The position numbers and the translations under genes are program-made. 64,000 nt of DNA from assembly GCA_018304025.1 (NCBI GenBank), contig JAGVXA010000001.1, positions 2,431 through 66,430 on the forward strand. Reading direction: 5' to 3'. How positions within the stretch are numbered: position 1 is the first letter of the stretch; each line of letters starts with the position of its first letter. The notes under the pieces are model-generated. The model was given only the letters and a program-made list of their open reading frames with translations. It was not told where the DNA came from and did no database searches. Origin of the DNA: Candidatus Pacearchaeota archaeon. GTDB lineage: Archaea > Nanobdellota > Nanobdellia > Pacearchaeales > GW2011-AR1. Shown here in pieces: positions 17,562-26,421 of the stretch.

Positions 17562-18054
17562 TTGATTTTCCTCCTGAAACTATGATTTTTCCGATTTCGT
17601 ATTTGAAATCTCTTGTACTTTGGTCGCGCCTTACTAAAGATATGAAAACAGAAGAAGTTGAGCCGAGATTTGGCGGACGAGGGATAATTGTTATTTTGTT
17701 TGTTTCACCTGACTCAGGAACAGGGTAAACTATTTCCACTTCTAAATAGTCTAAGTTCCAGAGAGTTTTGTAAATATCTTTGTCTAAAGAGACGATTTTC
17801 TCGAAGTCGACGCAGGACGAACAATCGCTGGAAGAAGTGAACGCGAATTCTGGCGAACCAGCTAAAGCAAGAGCTATTTGCAATGCTTCTTCTTCCTGCC
17901 TTTGAGCTGCGCTTTCTTCCAGATTAGAGGACCAAATTGATAAGTAAATGACTGCGACAAGACCGAAAAATATCATTAGCGCGACTAGGACGAACGCCAT
18001 TTGCTGAATTTTCAGCTGGGCTTTTTTAGAAAAGTCTGCAGAGTAATACGTCAT
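17554..18054 (-). CDS. Type IV pilin-like protein (class III signal peptide)
   Basis: The N-terminus ...FSKKAQ-LKIQQMAFVLVALMIFFGLVAVIYLSIW follows the KK[A]-Q pattern. Overlaps both neighbours. Confidence 0.55.
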   Translation of the reverse strand: MTYYSADFSKKAQLKIQQMAFVLVALMIFFGLVAVIYLSIWSSNLEESAAQRQEEEALQIALALAGSPEFAFTSSSDCSSCVDFEKIVSLDKDIYKTLWNLDYLEVEIVYPVPESGETNKITIIPRPPNLGSTSSVFISLVRRDQSTRDFKYEIGKIIVSGGKSSE

Positions 18055-19033
18055 TTTCGTTTTGAATATTGATTGCTTCTGATTTAATCGAGGGCAGAAG
18101 GCTTAGGTCTTTGTTAATTACTAAATCACGGGTTTTAGAGAGATAACTTGCTAATGGAGAAGTTAGCTCGCTTGAGAAAGAACAGCTCGAATCTATTCTT
18201 GAGAGAGCGGACGCTTTTTCCTGGTAAGTTTTTGCGAGATTATTCGCGCGCATCATTAGTCTTTGGACTTGACAGTCGTAGATTGTTTTGTTCGAGAAAA
18301 TTGCCGCCAAAAGCAGAGGGTAAGGGTTGTCATCATTTGGAGAGAGAAGATAATATAATTCTTGCTCTTCTTTTTTTACAGAGTTTTGATAGATTATGAT
18401 GTCTTTTGAAGAACATTGGTTTGCATTATTTTCGTGGCATACTTTTCTGCTGTTTGCGGGGCAAGCGCTTGCTGATTCGACATTTGTTATGTTTACCAAT
18501 AAATTTGAAAATTCTGCGCTTAGCCCTCCTATTTCGCCTGGCGCGCTGCTTAAGTCAACAAAACAGTAGCTTGCTTGGTCGCTCCACATTATCATTATGT
18601 CGGCGATTTTGAATGGAAATTCGAAAGGTTTTGAAATTATGTAGAAATTATCTTCTGCGGGAAGTTCGGATTCTGAAAAAAGATATTTGTTGTGGAATGC
18701 GCTGGGAATTGTTTCGCCTTCGCGCCAGCTGCTTCCGATGCTTGATTTTATTTTTGTGCTGATTAGTTGGGAGCCGAAAGAGCCGGAGATTTCGCAGTCG
18801 TTGAATAATACTGTCGGTTGTTTTACTGCAAGCTCTGAGTATTTTGCGTTTTCAAGAGTTGTTTCGACTGGAGAAAAGATTGTTCCGATGTCTTTTCCTG
18901 TTTCTGTTTCTTTTTGAAGACGAAGATTATTTACGATATTTGACAGGGCATAAATTGCCAGGAAAAGAATTACTGCCCCGACTAAAAGGGCGAAGAGCCA
19001 GCCGAAACTGAATTCAAATGCTTTCTTGTTCAT
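18026..19033 (-). CDS. Large type IV pilin-like protein (335 aa, Cys-rich ectodomain)
   Basis: N-terminus MNKKA-FEFSFGWLFALLVGAVILFLAIYAL. ATGA overlap with the upstream gene. Confidence 0.6.
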   Translation of the reverse strand: MNKKAFEFSFGWLFALLVGAVILFLAIYALSNIVNNLRLQKETETGKDIGTIFSPVETTLENAKYSELAVKQPTVLFNDCEISGSFGSQLISTKIKSSIGSSWREGETIPSAFHNKYLFSESELPAEDNFYIISKPFEFPFKIADIMIMWSDQASYCFVDLSSAPGEIGGLSAEFSNLLVNITNVESASACPANSRKVCHENNANQCSSKDIIIYQNSVKKEEQELYYLLSPNDDNPYPLLLAAIFSNKTIYDCQVQRLMMRANNLAKTYQEKASALSRIDSSCSFSSELTSPLASYLSKTRDLVINKDLSLLPSIKSEAINIQNENDVLLCRLF

Positions 19034-19572
19034 TTTGATATCGAAACTAGTGATTCTGTCGAGGATATTTTCAGCTGGATTGTTTTTTCTTGAGTGGATA
19101 AATCAGCTGCGGGCTTGCAGAAAAATTTATCTGGGTCTGGGGAACTCCCGTCTTCGGCAGATGCTTGCGCGTGCTGCAATTTTAGTCTCGATAAGCCTTC
19201 GCAAATTTCTTTGTCTTTTTTTGGGATTAGAAAAACGTAAGCGTCTTCTGAAGAACCGGATTTAGCTATAAGTTCGTTTTGAATTGAAATGTCTGGGGCG
19301 AATGTTGTTTGTTGGGAGAGAGTGCCGAAGCAGATTGTTTCAACTTCTTTTGGAAGTTTTACTACAAAAGTGTCTTCGTAGATTTCGTCTTTCCACGCCT
19401 GCGTGATTTCAGATTGAAAATCGTCGTAAAACATTCCGATTTGAGCGCAGTTGTTTAAGCTGAGAAAATGCGTAATTGCATAAACTGCTACTCCGATTAT
19501 TGCGATGATTATTAAGACTGAGAAGATTACTGAAAAAGACATTCCGAATATTTCCTGCCCCTTTTTTTTCAT
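19030..19572 (-). CDS. Type IV pilin-like protein (class III signal peptide)
   Basis: N-terminus MKKKGQ-EIFGMSFSVIFSVLIIIAIIGVAVYAI. The KKG-Q junction resembles the EppA-type prepilin cleavage sites known from Methanococcus. Confidence 0.65.
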   Translation of the reverse strand: MKKKGQEIFGMSFSVIFSVLIIIAIIGVAVYAITHFLSLNNCAQIGMFYDDFQSEITQAWKDEIYEDTFVVKLPKEVETICFGTLSQQTTFAPDISIQNELIAKSGSSEDAYVFLIPKKDKEICEGLSRLKLQHAQASAEDGSSPDPDKFFCKPAADLSTQEKTIQLKISSTESLVSISK

Positions 19573-19702
19573 GGTTATTTGAAGATTGGGGAGGTTAAAA
19601 GAGTTTCTGTTATAGCCTGGAAAGAAGGAGTATAGAATATCAAGAAAATAGTTTGGAAGAAAGATAATTAATTATTGGAAAGAGATAGTTAGTGTGATAA
19701 TA

Positions 19703-19732
19703 TCGAGAAATTGCTCTTCGAGCAATTTCCGA
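19703..19732. repeat. Palindromic element copy 1: TCGA-GAAATTGCTC-TTC-GAGCAATTTC-CGA
   Basis: Perfect 10-bp inverted repeat with a 3-nt spacer (19707-19729). The 30-nt core is identical to 24527-24556. Confidence 0.8.
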
Positions 19733-19792
19733 GAACTTGTAGTTGTTAACGAAGAACAAAAAGTTTTTATAGTTTTAGAAATTAAACAAATA

Positions 19793-20002
19793 ATGCTAAG
19801 AGGGAGAGAATTAATTAAATATCTTGTAAGATTTAGCAGAGATTATGGTGCTACTTTTGGACATAAACTAAATGGCGCAGAAGAAAACGTAAGAAATCTG
19901 ATAGAAAATAATCCTGATTTGCTGGAAAGATTGCAGGATAAAAGACGCGGTTTAGAGTATGTTGCGAGAGCAAGATGTTGCGCTGGCAGAATAAGTGAAT
20001 AA
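19793..20002 (+). CDS. Hypothetical 69-aa protein
   Basis: ATG 19793 lies 26 nt below AAGTTTTTATAG (19761-19772). The longer track ORF from 19694 would run through the palindrome and the promoter. Confidence 0.45.
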   Translation: MLRGRELIKYLVRFSRDYGATFGHKLNGAEENVRNLIENNPDLLERLQDKRRGLEYVARARCCAGRISE

Positions 20003-20275
20003 TTATTTTTCCAAGCCTTTCAAAGTTCCGGAAACCCTTAGAATTTTAATTTTCTCCGGCGAAAGCTCGAAAGCTGCGCGGACGTCTGCGAGGGATTTAG
20101 TTTCAATTGCCAAGACAATGTTTTTGCTTTCTGTTTTGACGAACTGCGGAGAGGATTTTGCCCAGCCGAGAATTCCAATATAATCGAGAATTGCTTTTTC
20201 TATTTCCTGCTTTGTTGACTGAATTAAAAGATATCTTCTTTTTGTTTTTGCGGAGGGTTTTATTCTGAGTTTCAT
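20003..20275 (-). CDS. rnp2: RNase P protein component 2 (Pop5/Rpp14 family)
   Basis: 90 aa. KRRYLLI...ILDYIGILGWAKSSPQFV...VLAIETKSLADVRAAF follows the archaeal Pop5 pattern. Confidence 0.75.
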   Translation of the reverse strand: MKLRIKPSAKTKRRYLLIQSTKQEIEKAILDYIGILGWAKSSPQFVKTESKNIVLAIETKSLADVRAAFELSPEKIKILRVSGTLKGLEK

Positions 20276-21132
20276 TGCTGAGCTGCCTTGAATTTGATTG
20301 CGTTTATTGAGTCTTGTATTGCGTTGCTTTCTAAGGCGAAGCCGAGTGATTCTGCATCGCCGATTTTGAAATTGTTTATTCCTATTACTTCTCCGGTTGT
20401 GTCAATTAGCGGACCGCCGGAGTTTCCAGGATTTAAGGAGACGTCTGTCTGGATGTATTCTGGTTCATTGTTGGGACCTTCTCTATTTAATGCAGAGATA
20501 ATTCCTTCTGTTACTGTGAAGGACAATCCGAGAGGATTTCCGATTGCTATAACTTTTTTTCCGACCTGGAGCTCGTCTGAATCTGCAAATCCCAGATAAT
20601 TATAGTTTCCTTCTGTTTTTAGCAATGCGATGTCTCTCGAAGTGTCGGCGCCTACGAAATCTGCAGAAATTATATCTCTGCCGTATGTTACTATGTCGAT
20701 TTGTGATTCGTGCCCTTCGATAACGTGATAGTTTGTTACGATGTATCCGTCTTGACTTATTAAAAATCCAGAGCCCAAGGATCTGTCAGTTGATACTGTT
20801 ACAACTCCCTTTACAGCGTCTTCGACAATTGCGGAGAAGTCTTGGGATTCTGACTTCAGCAATTTAATTTCTTGATTAAATGATTTTTCCTGCTCTGCTA
20901 AAACTTTAGAAATTTCGTTGAAATTTTCCTGATAAACTGAGTCTTGTTCTGTTACTATGTTGTTTGTATATTCTTTAAGGGAGAGCCTTGTTTTTTCTAT
21001 GTCTGAATTTATTTTTAATTCCAGCCTTGAGATTTGAATTCCGACTATGACTATTGAAGTTATCTGGATTATAGCTAAAACTATAACTAAAGAGTAAAGC
21101 GCTATTCGGTGTTTTTTATGAACGTCTGGCAT
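20272..21132 (-). CDS. Membrane-anchored trypsin-like serine protease (HtrA/S1C-like, no PDZ)
   Basis: N-terminal TM, then a coiled segment, then GSGFLISQDGYIVTNYHV, DIALLK and GNSGGPL, which form the His/Asp/Ser triad context. Confidence 0.8.
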   Translation of the reverse strand: MPDVHKKHRIALYSLVIVLAIIQITSIVIVGIQISRLELKINSDIEKTRLSLKEYTNNIVTEQDSVYQENFNEISKVLAEQEKSFNQEIKLLKSESQDFSAIVEDAVKGVVTVSTDRSLGSGFLISQDGYIVTNYHVIEGHESQIDIVTYGRDIISADFVGADTSRDIALLKTEGNYNYLGFADSDELQVGKKVIAIGNPLGLSFTVTEGIISALNREGPNNEPEYIQTDVSLNPGNSGGPLIDTTGEVIGINNFKIGDAESLGFALESNAIQDSINAIKFKAAQQ

Positions 21133-21235
21133 TTTGTTATTTAGCTTTGAGGATATTTATATGTTATGAAAAAGAAATTAGTAAGAAACAGACTTAACTG
21201 AAAACCTATATAAACTCGATTTTCTTTTGAATAAT

Positions 21236-22573
21236 ATGAAGATACATACGATTGGGGGATATGACGAGGTTGGGAAAAACATGACTGCTTTGGAAATTGG
21301 CGAGGACGTTCTGCTTTTTGACGACGGATTATTCATGCCTGCGATTGTCGGCGTTGAGGAAAGGGAGAAAATTCCGACTGAGCAGGGAATGACTGGCTTG
21401 GGAGCTTTGCCTGATGTTGATTATTTGGTTAAAAAAGGATTGCAAAAAAAAGTCAGGGCGATTTTGGTTTCGCACGCGCATTTGGACCACATTGGCGCGA
21501 TTCCTTACAATTCTTACCGATACAACGCAAATATTTACGGCACGCCGTTCACGACAGAGGTTTTGAAGATTATCATGGAAGACAACGGACAGAGGATTAA
21601 CAATAGAATTATTCCGGTTAAATTAAATTCGTCGATTGTTGTCAAGGGAGAGAGCGGGAATTATAATGTTGAATTTGTCAGCATGACTCACTCAACTTTG
21701 CAGTGCTCGATGATTGTTGTTCAGACGCCAGAGGGTGTTGTGATGTATGCGAATGATTTCAAATTGGATAATTCTCCTGTTTTAGGCGAGAGACCGGATT
21801 ACAGAAAATTTAGAGAACTCTCAAAGAAGGGAGTTAAAGTGCTGATTGTTGACTGCTTGTATGCCCCGCAAGACATGAAAACTCCTTCGGAAAAAATTGC
21901 AAAGGTTTTGCTGGAAGATGTTTTATTTGGAACTGAGAATAGAAATTCAGCTATTATTATCACGACGTTTTCTTCGCATATTGCCCGCTTGAAAACAATC
22001 TCTGAATTTGGAAAAAAATTAGGGAGAGAAGTTATATTTTTAGGAAGAAGCTTGAGTAAATACGTGACTGCTGCGCGAAATATTGGACAGGCAGGTTTTA
22101 TGAAAAATGTTCGGATGTATTCTTACAGAAGACAAGTTGAGAAAGCGATGAAAATGGTTAATAAAAATAGAGCAAGATATCTTGTTGTTTGCACAGGGCA
22201 TCAGGGAGAGCCCGGCGCGATTTTAGACAGGCTTGCCAGAGATGAATTGCCTTTGAAATTAAAAAAAGAAGACCACATCATATTTTCCTCTAGAACAATT
22301 CCGACTCCGATTAATGAATTAGCGCGGGAACAATTAGAAAAGAGATTGAAAAAACATAATGTGAGAATTTTTGACAATGTGCATACGTCTGGGCATGGCG
22401 GGCGGGAAGATTTGAGGGATTTTTTGAATTTGATAAAGCCGAAGCACGTTATTCCGTCGCACGGAGATTTGAAAAAAACAACTGCGGGAGTTACCTTGGC
22501 GGAAGAAATGGGATATGTTAGAGGAAAGAATGTTCATTTGATGGGGGATTTGAAATCTTTGGAAGTGAAATAA
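21236..22573 (+). CDS. rnj: Archaeal RNase J (metallo-beta-lactamase / beta-CASP)
   Basis: VSHAHLDHIGAIP (HxHxDH), the beta-CASP region and a C-terminal HTSGH motif. The track start at 21227 is TTG. ATG 21236 lies 26 nt below CCTATATAAAC. Confidence 0.85.
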   Translation: MKIHTIGGYDEVGKNMTALEIGEDVLLFDDGLFMPAIVGVEEREKIPTEQGMTGLGALPDVDYLVKKGLQKKVRAILVSHAHLDHIGAIPYNSYRYNANIYGTPFTTEVLKIIMEDNGQRINNRIIPVKLNSSIVVKGESGNYNVEFVSMTHSTLQCSMIVVQTPEGVVMYANDFKLDNSPVLGERPDYRKFRELSKKGVKVLIVDCLYAPQDMKTPSEKIAKVLLEDVLFGTENRNSAIIITTFSSHIARLKTISEFGKKLGREVIFLGRSLSKYVTAARNIGQAGFMKNVRMYSYRRQVEKAMKMVNKNRARYLVVCTGHQGEPGAILDRLARDELPLKLKKEDHIIFSSRTIPTPINELAREQLEKRLKKHNVRIFDNVHTSGHGGREDLRDFLNLIKPKHVIPSHGDLKKTTAGVTLAEEMGYVRGKNVHLMGDLKSLEVK

Positions 22574-22929
22574 TGGGCGACGAAATTTATTACGGGCTAA
22601 AGAATGCTTTGGAAAGAGGACAATCGCTGAACGCGGCTGTTCAGAGTTTTATTAACGCAGGTTATAATCCTGTTGAAGTAAGGGAAGCTGAAAAAATGAT
22701 TTCTTCTGACGGAGGAGTCAGCTCTATCACTGGAGAGGCGAATGACTTGAATGCTCCAGTTTCTAATGAAAATTTTGAAGAGCAAAAAGCCCAGCCCTTG
22801 CCTAAATCTGGTTTTCAACCTAAAAGTTCTGGAAGCTGGAAAAAAGTTTTGCTGATTATTTTGATTATTGTTTTAATTTTGATTATTTTAGGGACTAGTG
22901 GTTTTTTGGTTTATAATTTGCTGCCATGA
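22573..22929 (+). CDS. Hypothetical protein with C-terminal TM anchor
   Basis: 118 aa. TAATG overlap with rnj. C-terminal WKKVLLIILIIVLILIILGTSGFLVY helix. Confidence 0.55.
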   Translation: MGDEIYYGLKNALERGQSLNAAVQSFINAGYNPVEVREAEKMISSDGGVSSITGEANDLNAPVSNENFEEQKAQPLPKSGFQPKSSGSWKKVLLIILIIVLILIILGTSGFLVYNLLP

Positions 22930-23456
22930 TTTATCAACCTTCGGAAGATTCTTTTTTGTTGGCTACTGAGGTAAAGAAAAAATCTAATGGAAAGAAAGTT
23001 TTGGATGTTGGTTCGGGGAGCGGGATTTTAGCTGAAAGCGCTTTGTCTGGCGGGGCTTCTGAAGTTTTATGCAGTGATATTGACGCTGAGGTTGTTGGTT
23101 ATTTGAGGCGAAAGGGTTTAAACGCGATTAAATCAGATTTGTTTTCTGATATTTCCGGGAAATATGATTTGATTGTTTTTAATCCGCCTTATCTTCCTCT
23201 GGATGAACGGGAGGATAGAAAAAGTGCGAAGATTACGACGGGGGGCGTTAGAGGAGATGAGATAATAATTAAGTTTTTACGAGATGCGGACAATTATCTT
23301 GAAGAAGGCGGAATAATATTATTACTAATCTCTTCGTTGACGCCTGTTGATAGAATTAATAAAATTATTCAGAAGAAGAAGTTTGTTAAGCGGAAAGTTT
23401 CGGAGAAAAAAATGTTTATGGAGAAGCTGGAAGTTTGGGAGATTCGGAAGAATTAA
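22926..23456 (+). CDS. HemK-related (Mtq2-like) SAM-dependent methyltransferase
   Basis: YQPSEDSFLL, VLDVGSGSGIL (motif I) and FNPPYLP (NPPY). Confidence 0.8.
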   Translation: MIYQPSEDSFLLATEVKKKSNGKKVLDVGSGSGILAESALSGGASEVLCSDIDAEVVGYLRRKGLNAIKSDLFSDISGKYDLIVFNPPYLPLDEREDRKSAKITTGGVRGDEIIIKFLRDADNYLEEGGIILLLISSLTPVDRINKIIQKKKFVKRKVSEKKMFMEKLEVWEIRKN

Positions 23457-23480
23457 ATATCCTGGGAAAATAAAAAATTA

Positions 23481-23666
23481 ATGAAATGCCCGAAATGTGA
23501 CGAGGAATTAACTGTTAAAGTTGGAAGCAAAGTGCATTGCGAGAAGTGCAGTGTTCTCAGCGACATGACATCTGTGGCAACTGTAAGATGCGAGAAATGC
23601 GGACATATTTTTCAGATAGCTGTTCAGAGCAAAAATATTTTTAGTGTTAAGAAAGATAAAATTTAA
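23481..23666 (+). CDS. Zinc-ribbon protein (61 aa)
   Basis: CPKC...CEKC...CEKC Cys pairs. Confidence 0.5.
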   Translation: MKCPKCDEELTVKVGSKVHCEKCSVLSDMTSVATVRCEKCGHIFQIAVQSKNIFSVKKDKI

Positions 23667-23690
23667 AAGTCTTCTTTTTATGGTTTTTAT

Positions 23691-24083
23691 ATGAACGAAG
23701 AAATATTGCAGAGAGCAGTTATGTTGCAGCAGCAGTCGCAGGAGACAGAGAGACAGCTGGCTTTTGTAGACGAGCAGATTCGCGAGCTGGAAGAATTTGG
23801 GAAGAATCTTGATTTTGCAGACGCGAGCGAGGAGAAAGAAATTTTGGCTTCTTTGGGAAAAGGAGTTTTTATCAAAAGCGAGATTAAAGACAAAAAATTA
23901 TTTGTCGACGTGGGCGCGGGAGTTCTTGTCAGGAAAACAGCTTCAGAGACTAAGAAAGTTATTGACGGGCAGCTGAAAAGATTTACGGAAGCGAGAATTC
24001 ATATTACTGGGCAATTGGAAATGTTCAGAGAAGAATTGGGAAAGATGATTGGGGAAATTGAAAAATTGAGGAATAAAAATTAA
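23691..24083 (+). CDS. pfdA: Prefoldin alpha subunit
   Basis: 130 aa. Coiled coils flank ILASLGKGVFIKSEIKDKKLFVDVGAGVLVRKT, the double beta-hairpin typical of PfdA. Confidence 0.8.
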   Translation: MNEEILQRAVMLQQQSQETERQLAFVDEQIRELEEFGKNLDFADASEEKEILASLGKGVFIKSEIKDKKLFVDVGAGVLVRKTASETKKVIDGQLKRFTEARIHITGQLEMFREELGKMIGEIEKLRNKN

Positions 24084-24412
24084 GCCCTGTAAGCCAAAGT
24101 TTTAGAATTGCTAGCTAAATTTTTCTGGTAATGCGTTCTTGCTCTTTCTAAATTTCTTAGTAGTTTAGCTGGAAGCGGCTGTTCCTGCATGCCTTCCGTA
24201 TTCTCATAGCCTCTGCCTGCTTCTTCCGAGCCAGCCGCAACACCGTCGAAAGAATCATCAGCTAAATGCAAAAGACCAGAGCCTTCATCTAATCTTGCTC
24301 CTTCTGATCTTTCCTCTTCGGAGCTTGGTGAATCTTCTTCTGCAAAGAAATCCTCGGGCAGTGTTAAAAGCCGAGAGCCTTCAGTTAGTTTTTCGCCCAT
24401 TATACGTATCAT
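24080..24412 (-). CDS. Acidic hypothetical protein with internal repeat
   Basis: 110 aa. EGSRLLTLPEDFF and EGSGLLHLADDSF are repeated. No homology recognised. Confidence 0.4.
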   Translation of the reverse strand: MIRIMGEKLTEGSRLLTLPEDFFAEEDSPSSEEERSEGARLDEGSGLLHLADDSFDGVAAGSEEAGRGYENTEGMQEQPLPAKLLRNLERARTHYQKNLASNSKTLAYRA

Positions 24413-24526
24413 CTTGATTGATACGGAAAGATGATTTTATTGGTTTATAAATTTTTCTTTGGCTTTGGATTTTGGATAATATCGAGAAATTTTTTATTAT
24501 TGGGGAAAATCGTTATCTGGATAGAG

Positions 24527-24556
24527 TCGAGAAATTGCTCTTCGAGCAATTTCCGA
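24527..24556. repeat. Palindromic element copy 2
   Basis: Identical 30-nt core (inverted repeat 24531-24553). The first 17 nt of the copy-1 flank (GATAATATCGAGAAATT) reappear at 24475-24491, separated from the core by a 35-nt insert. Confidence 0.8.
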
Positions 24557-24652
24557 AAATTTTAATAATTGATTGAATTGATTAAACTAATATCGAATTA
24601 GATTAATTAGATTAAAAATAATTGATATGAAAATTTCCGTAATTTTGAATAT

Positions 24653-25864
24653 CTATTCGTATCTCAGCGCCTCGACAGGACGAATTTTTGTTGCTTTCCA
24701 AGCTGGCCACAAACCTGAAACTGCTCCGGCGAGAAACGCGAACGCCAAACAACCTGCGATTAAATAAAGCGGCGTGGAGACTGTGAGAAATCCTGTGCCT
24801 AATTGCGTTAACGCGACATACTCAACAATTTGTCCTGCTGCTATTCCCAAGCCTATTCCCAATAATCCTCCGACGATTCCCAGTAATCCTGCTTCAATCA
24901 AGAATATTGTCAAAATATCCTTGTTCTGCGCGCCGATTGCTTTCATCACTCCGATTTCTCTTGTTCTCTCTAATACAGACGCGAACATTGTATTCGCAAT
25001 ATTGATTCCGCCGACGAGAAGCGAGATTAAAGAGATTCCTAACAAAAAGTAAGTTAGAATATCAAGAATCATACTGAAACTTTCCAAAAGTTCTTCTGGG
25101 GTGATGATTGTAAAGTCCTGCGTTTTTTCTGTCAAGCCCCGCGATTTCAAAAGCTGGCGTTCTGTTCTTTCTGCGATATTGTTTATTTCGCCTGCGTTTT
25201 CAATTTGGACAATTATAAAATCTATTCTGTCAGGAATTTTGAAAAGTTCCCGGAATTCCGGCTCAGGCATTGTAATCATTCTGTCGTCGGGAGCGCTGCC
25301 GATTGTTTTCATGATTCCCTGAACTTCAAAATCTGCTCCATTAATTGTGATTTTGTCTCCAACTTTTACAGGGGTTCCTAAAAAGTTATTATGTTTGTAT
25401 TGAGAGCCGATGATTATGTCATTTGTGTCTCCTTTTTTTAACAAACGCCCTTCCTCCAAATCTACGCCGTATAAATCAAAATACAGTTCGGTTGTTTCGA
25501 TTTCTGTTGACGCGACCATTACAAATCTTGTTTCGTCTTTGAATTCGATTTTTGCGTTTCCGATTGTGTAATAGGTTACTTCTTTTACTCCAGGGATTTT
25601 TTTTATTGCGTCTATATCTTTTATTGTTAATTGAATGGCGCCTGCGGTTCCCGGCGGACCTAATTGCCCTCTTGGTTGAACGAAAAATTTGTCTCCGCCG
25701 AGTTTTTCAAATTCGTTGTTTATTGATACGTTTAATCCTAAAGAAAGTGAAATTAAAGTGAAAATTGTTGCTATTGAAATAACTATTCCGATTAAAGTCA
25801 GGAATGTTCTAAGACGGCGTTTTGCGATACTTCGGATTGCCATTGAGAAAAAATCTTGAATCAT
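24653..25864 (-). CDS. ABC transporter permease, MacB/FtsX type (permease B)
   Basis: N-terminal TM, a large extracytoplasmic domain, and a C-terminal FtsX 3-TM module with ERTREIGVMKAIGAQNKDI. ATG 25864 forms an ATGA overlap with the upstream gene, and its N-terminus aligns with that of permease A. Confidence 0.85.
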   Translation of the reverse strand: MIQDFFSMAIRSIAKRRLRTFLTLIGIVISIATIFTLISLSLGLNVSINNEFEKLGGDKFFVQPRGQLGPPGTAGAIQLTIKDIDAIKKIPGVKEVTYYTIGNAKIEFKDETRFVMVASTEIETTELYFDLYGVDLEEGRLLKKGDTNDIIIGSQYKHNNFLGTPVKVGDKITINGADFEVQGIMKTIGSAPDDRMITMPEPEFRELFKIPDRIDFIIVQIENAGEINNIAERTERQLLKSRGLTEKTQDFTIITPEELLESFSMILDILTYFLLGISLISLLVGGINIANTMFASVLERTREIGVMKAIGAQNKDILTIFLIEAGLLGIVGGLLGIGLGIAAGQIVEYVALTQLGTGFLTVSTPLYLIAGCLAFAFLAGAVSGLWPAWKATKIRPVEALRYE

Positions 25865-26421
25865 TGTTTTGCTCCCTGAGATTTGCACATCTCGATTTCA
25901 ACTTCGTCGGGGAAATAGACAATTTGTGAATAATCATTTAAATTATTCCATCCTATTGATTGAGGGAAACAAGAGGGAATGTGTTCTCTTTGAATGAGCT
26001 GAGCGATATCATCTACTACGACAGCGATTGCCCTCTCGTCAGAAACAAAAGGCATTTTCTTTTTTTGATATGGGTGCAATATTACTGTCGTGTTATAATT
26101 TTTTCGCTGCATTTGTTTTTCTTCTTCTGTTCCAAAGCAACACAGACTATACACCTGATTAGAAACTTGCAGTCTAACTGTTCCTGGAATGTAATCAAAG
26201 TTATATTTTGTTTTATTATCTGATCCAGATAGTTCATACTTTCTTGAGCTGTTTAGATATTCTATTAATCCTGAAAAATCTGTTCTCAAAAAAATTGGGA
26301 AATTGTCGTAAACACCAAAGTCTGCTGTTAATCTGTGAACTTTTTGTTCGCAGCTGTCTTGTGTTCTAACTTCTTCGTCCGGGCAATTTTTTAGTGCATC
26401 TAAATAATTTTGGAGTTTCAT
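25861..26421 (-). CDS. Orphan cytoplasmic protein (186 aa) embedded between the two permease genes
   Basis: ATGA overlaps at both ends. No TM segment. Several Cys. No family recognised. Confidence 0.6.
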   Translation of the reverse strand: MKLQNYLDALKNCPDEEVRTQDSCEQKVHRLTADFGVYDNFPIFLRTDFSGLIEYLNSSRKYELSGSDNKTKYNFDYIPGTVRLQVSNQVYSLCCFGTEEEKQMQRKNYNTTVILHPYQKKKMPFVSDERAIAVVVDDIAQLIQREHIPSCFPQSIGWNNLNDYSQIVYFPDEVEIEMCKSQGAKQ

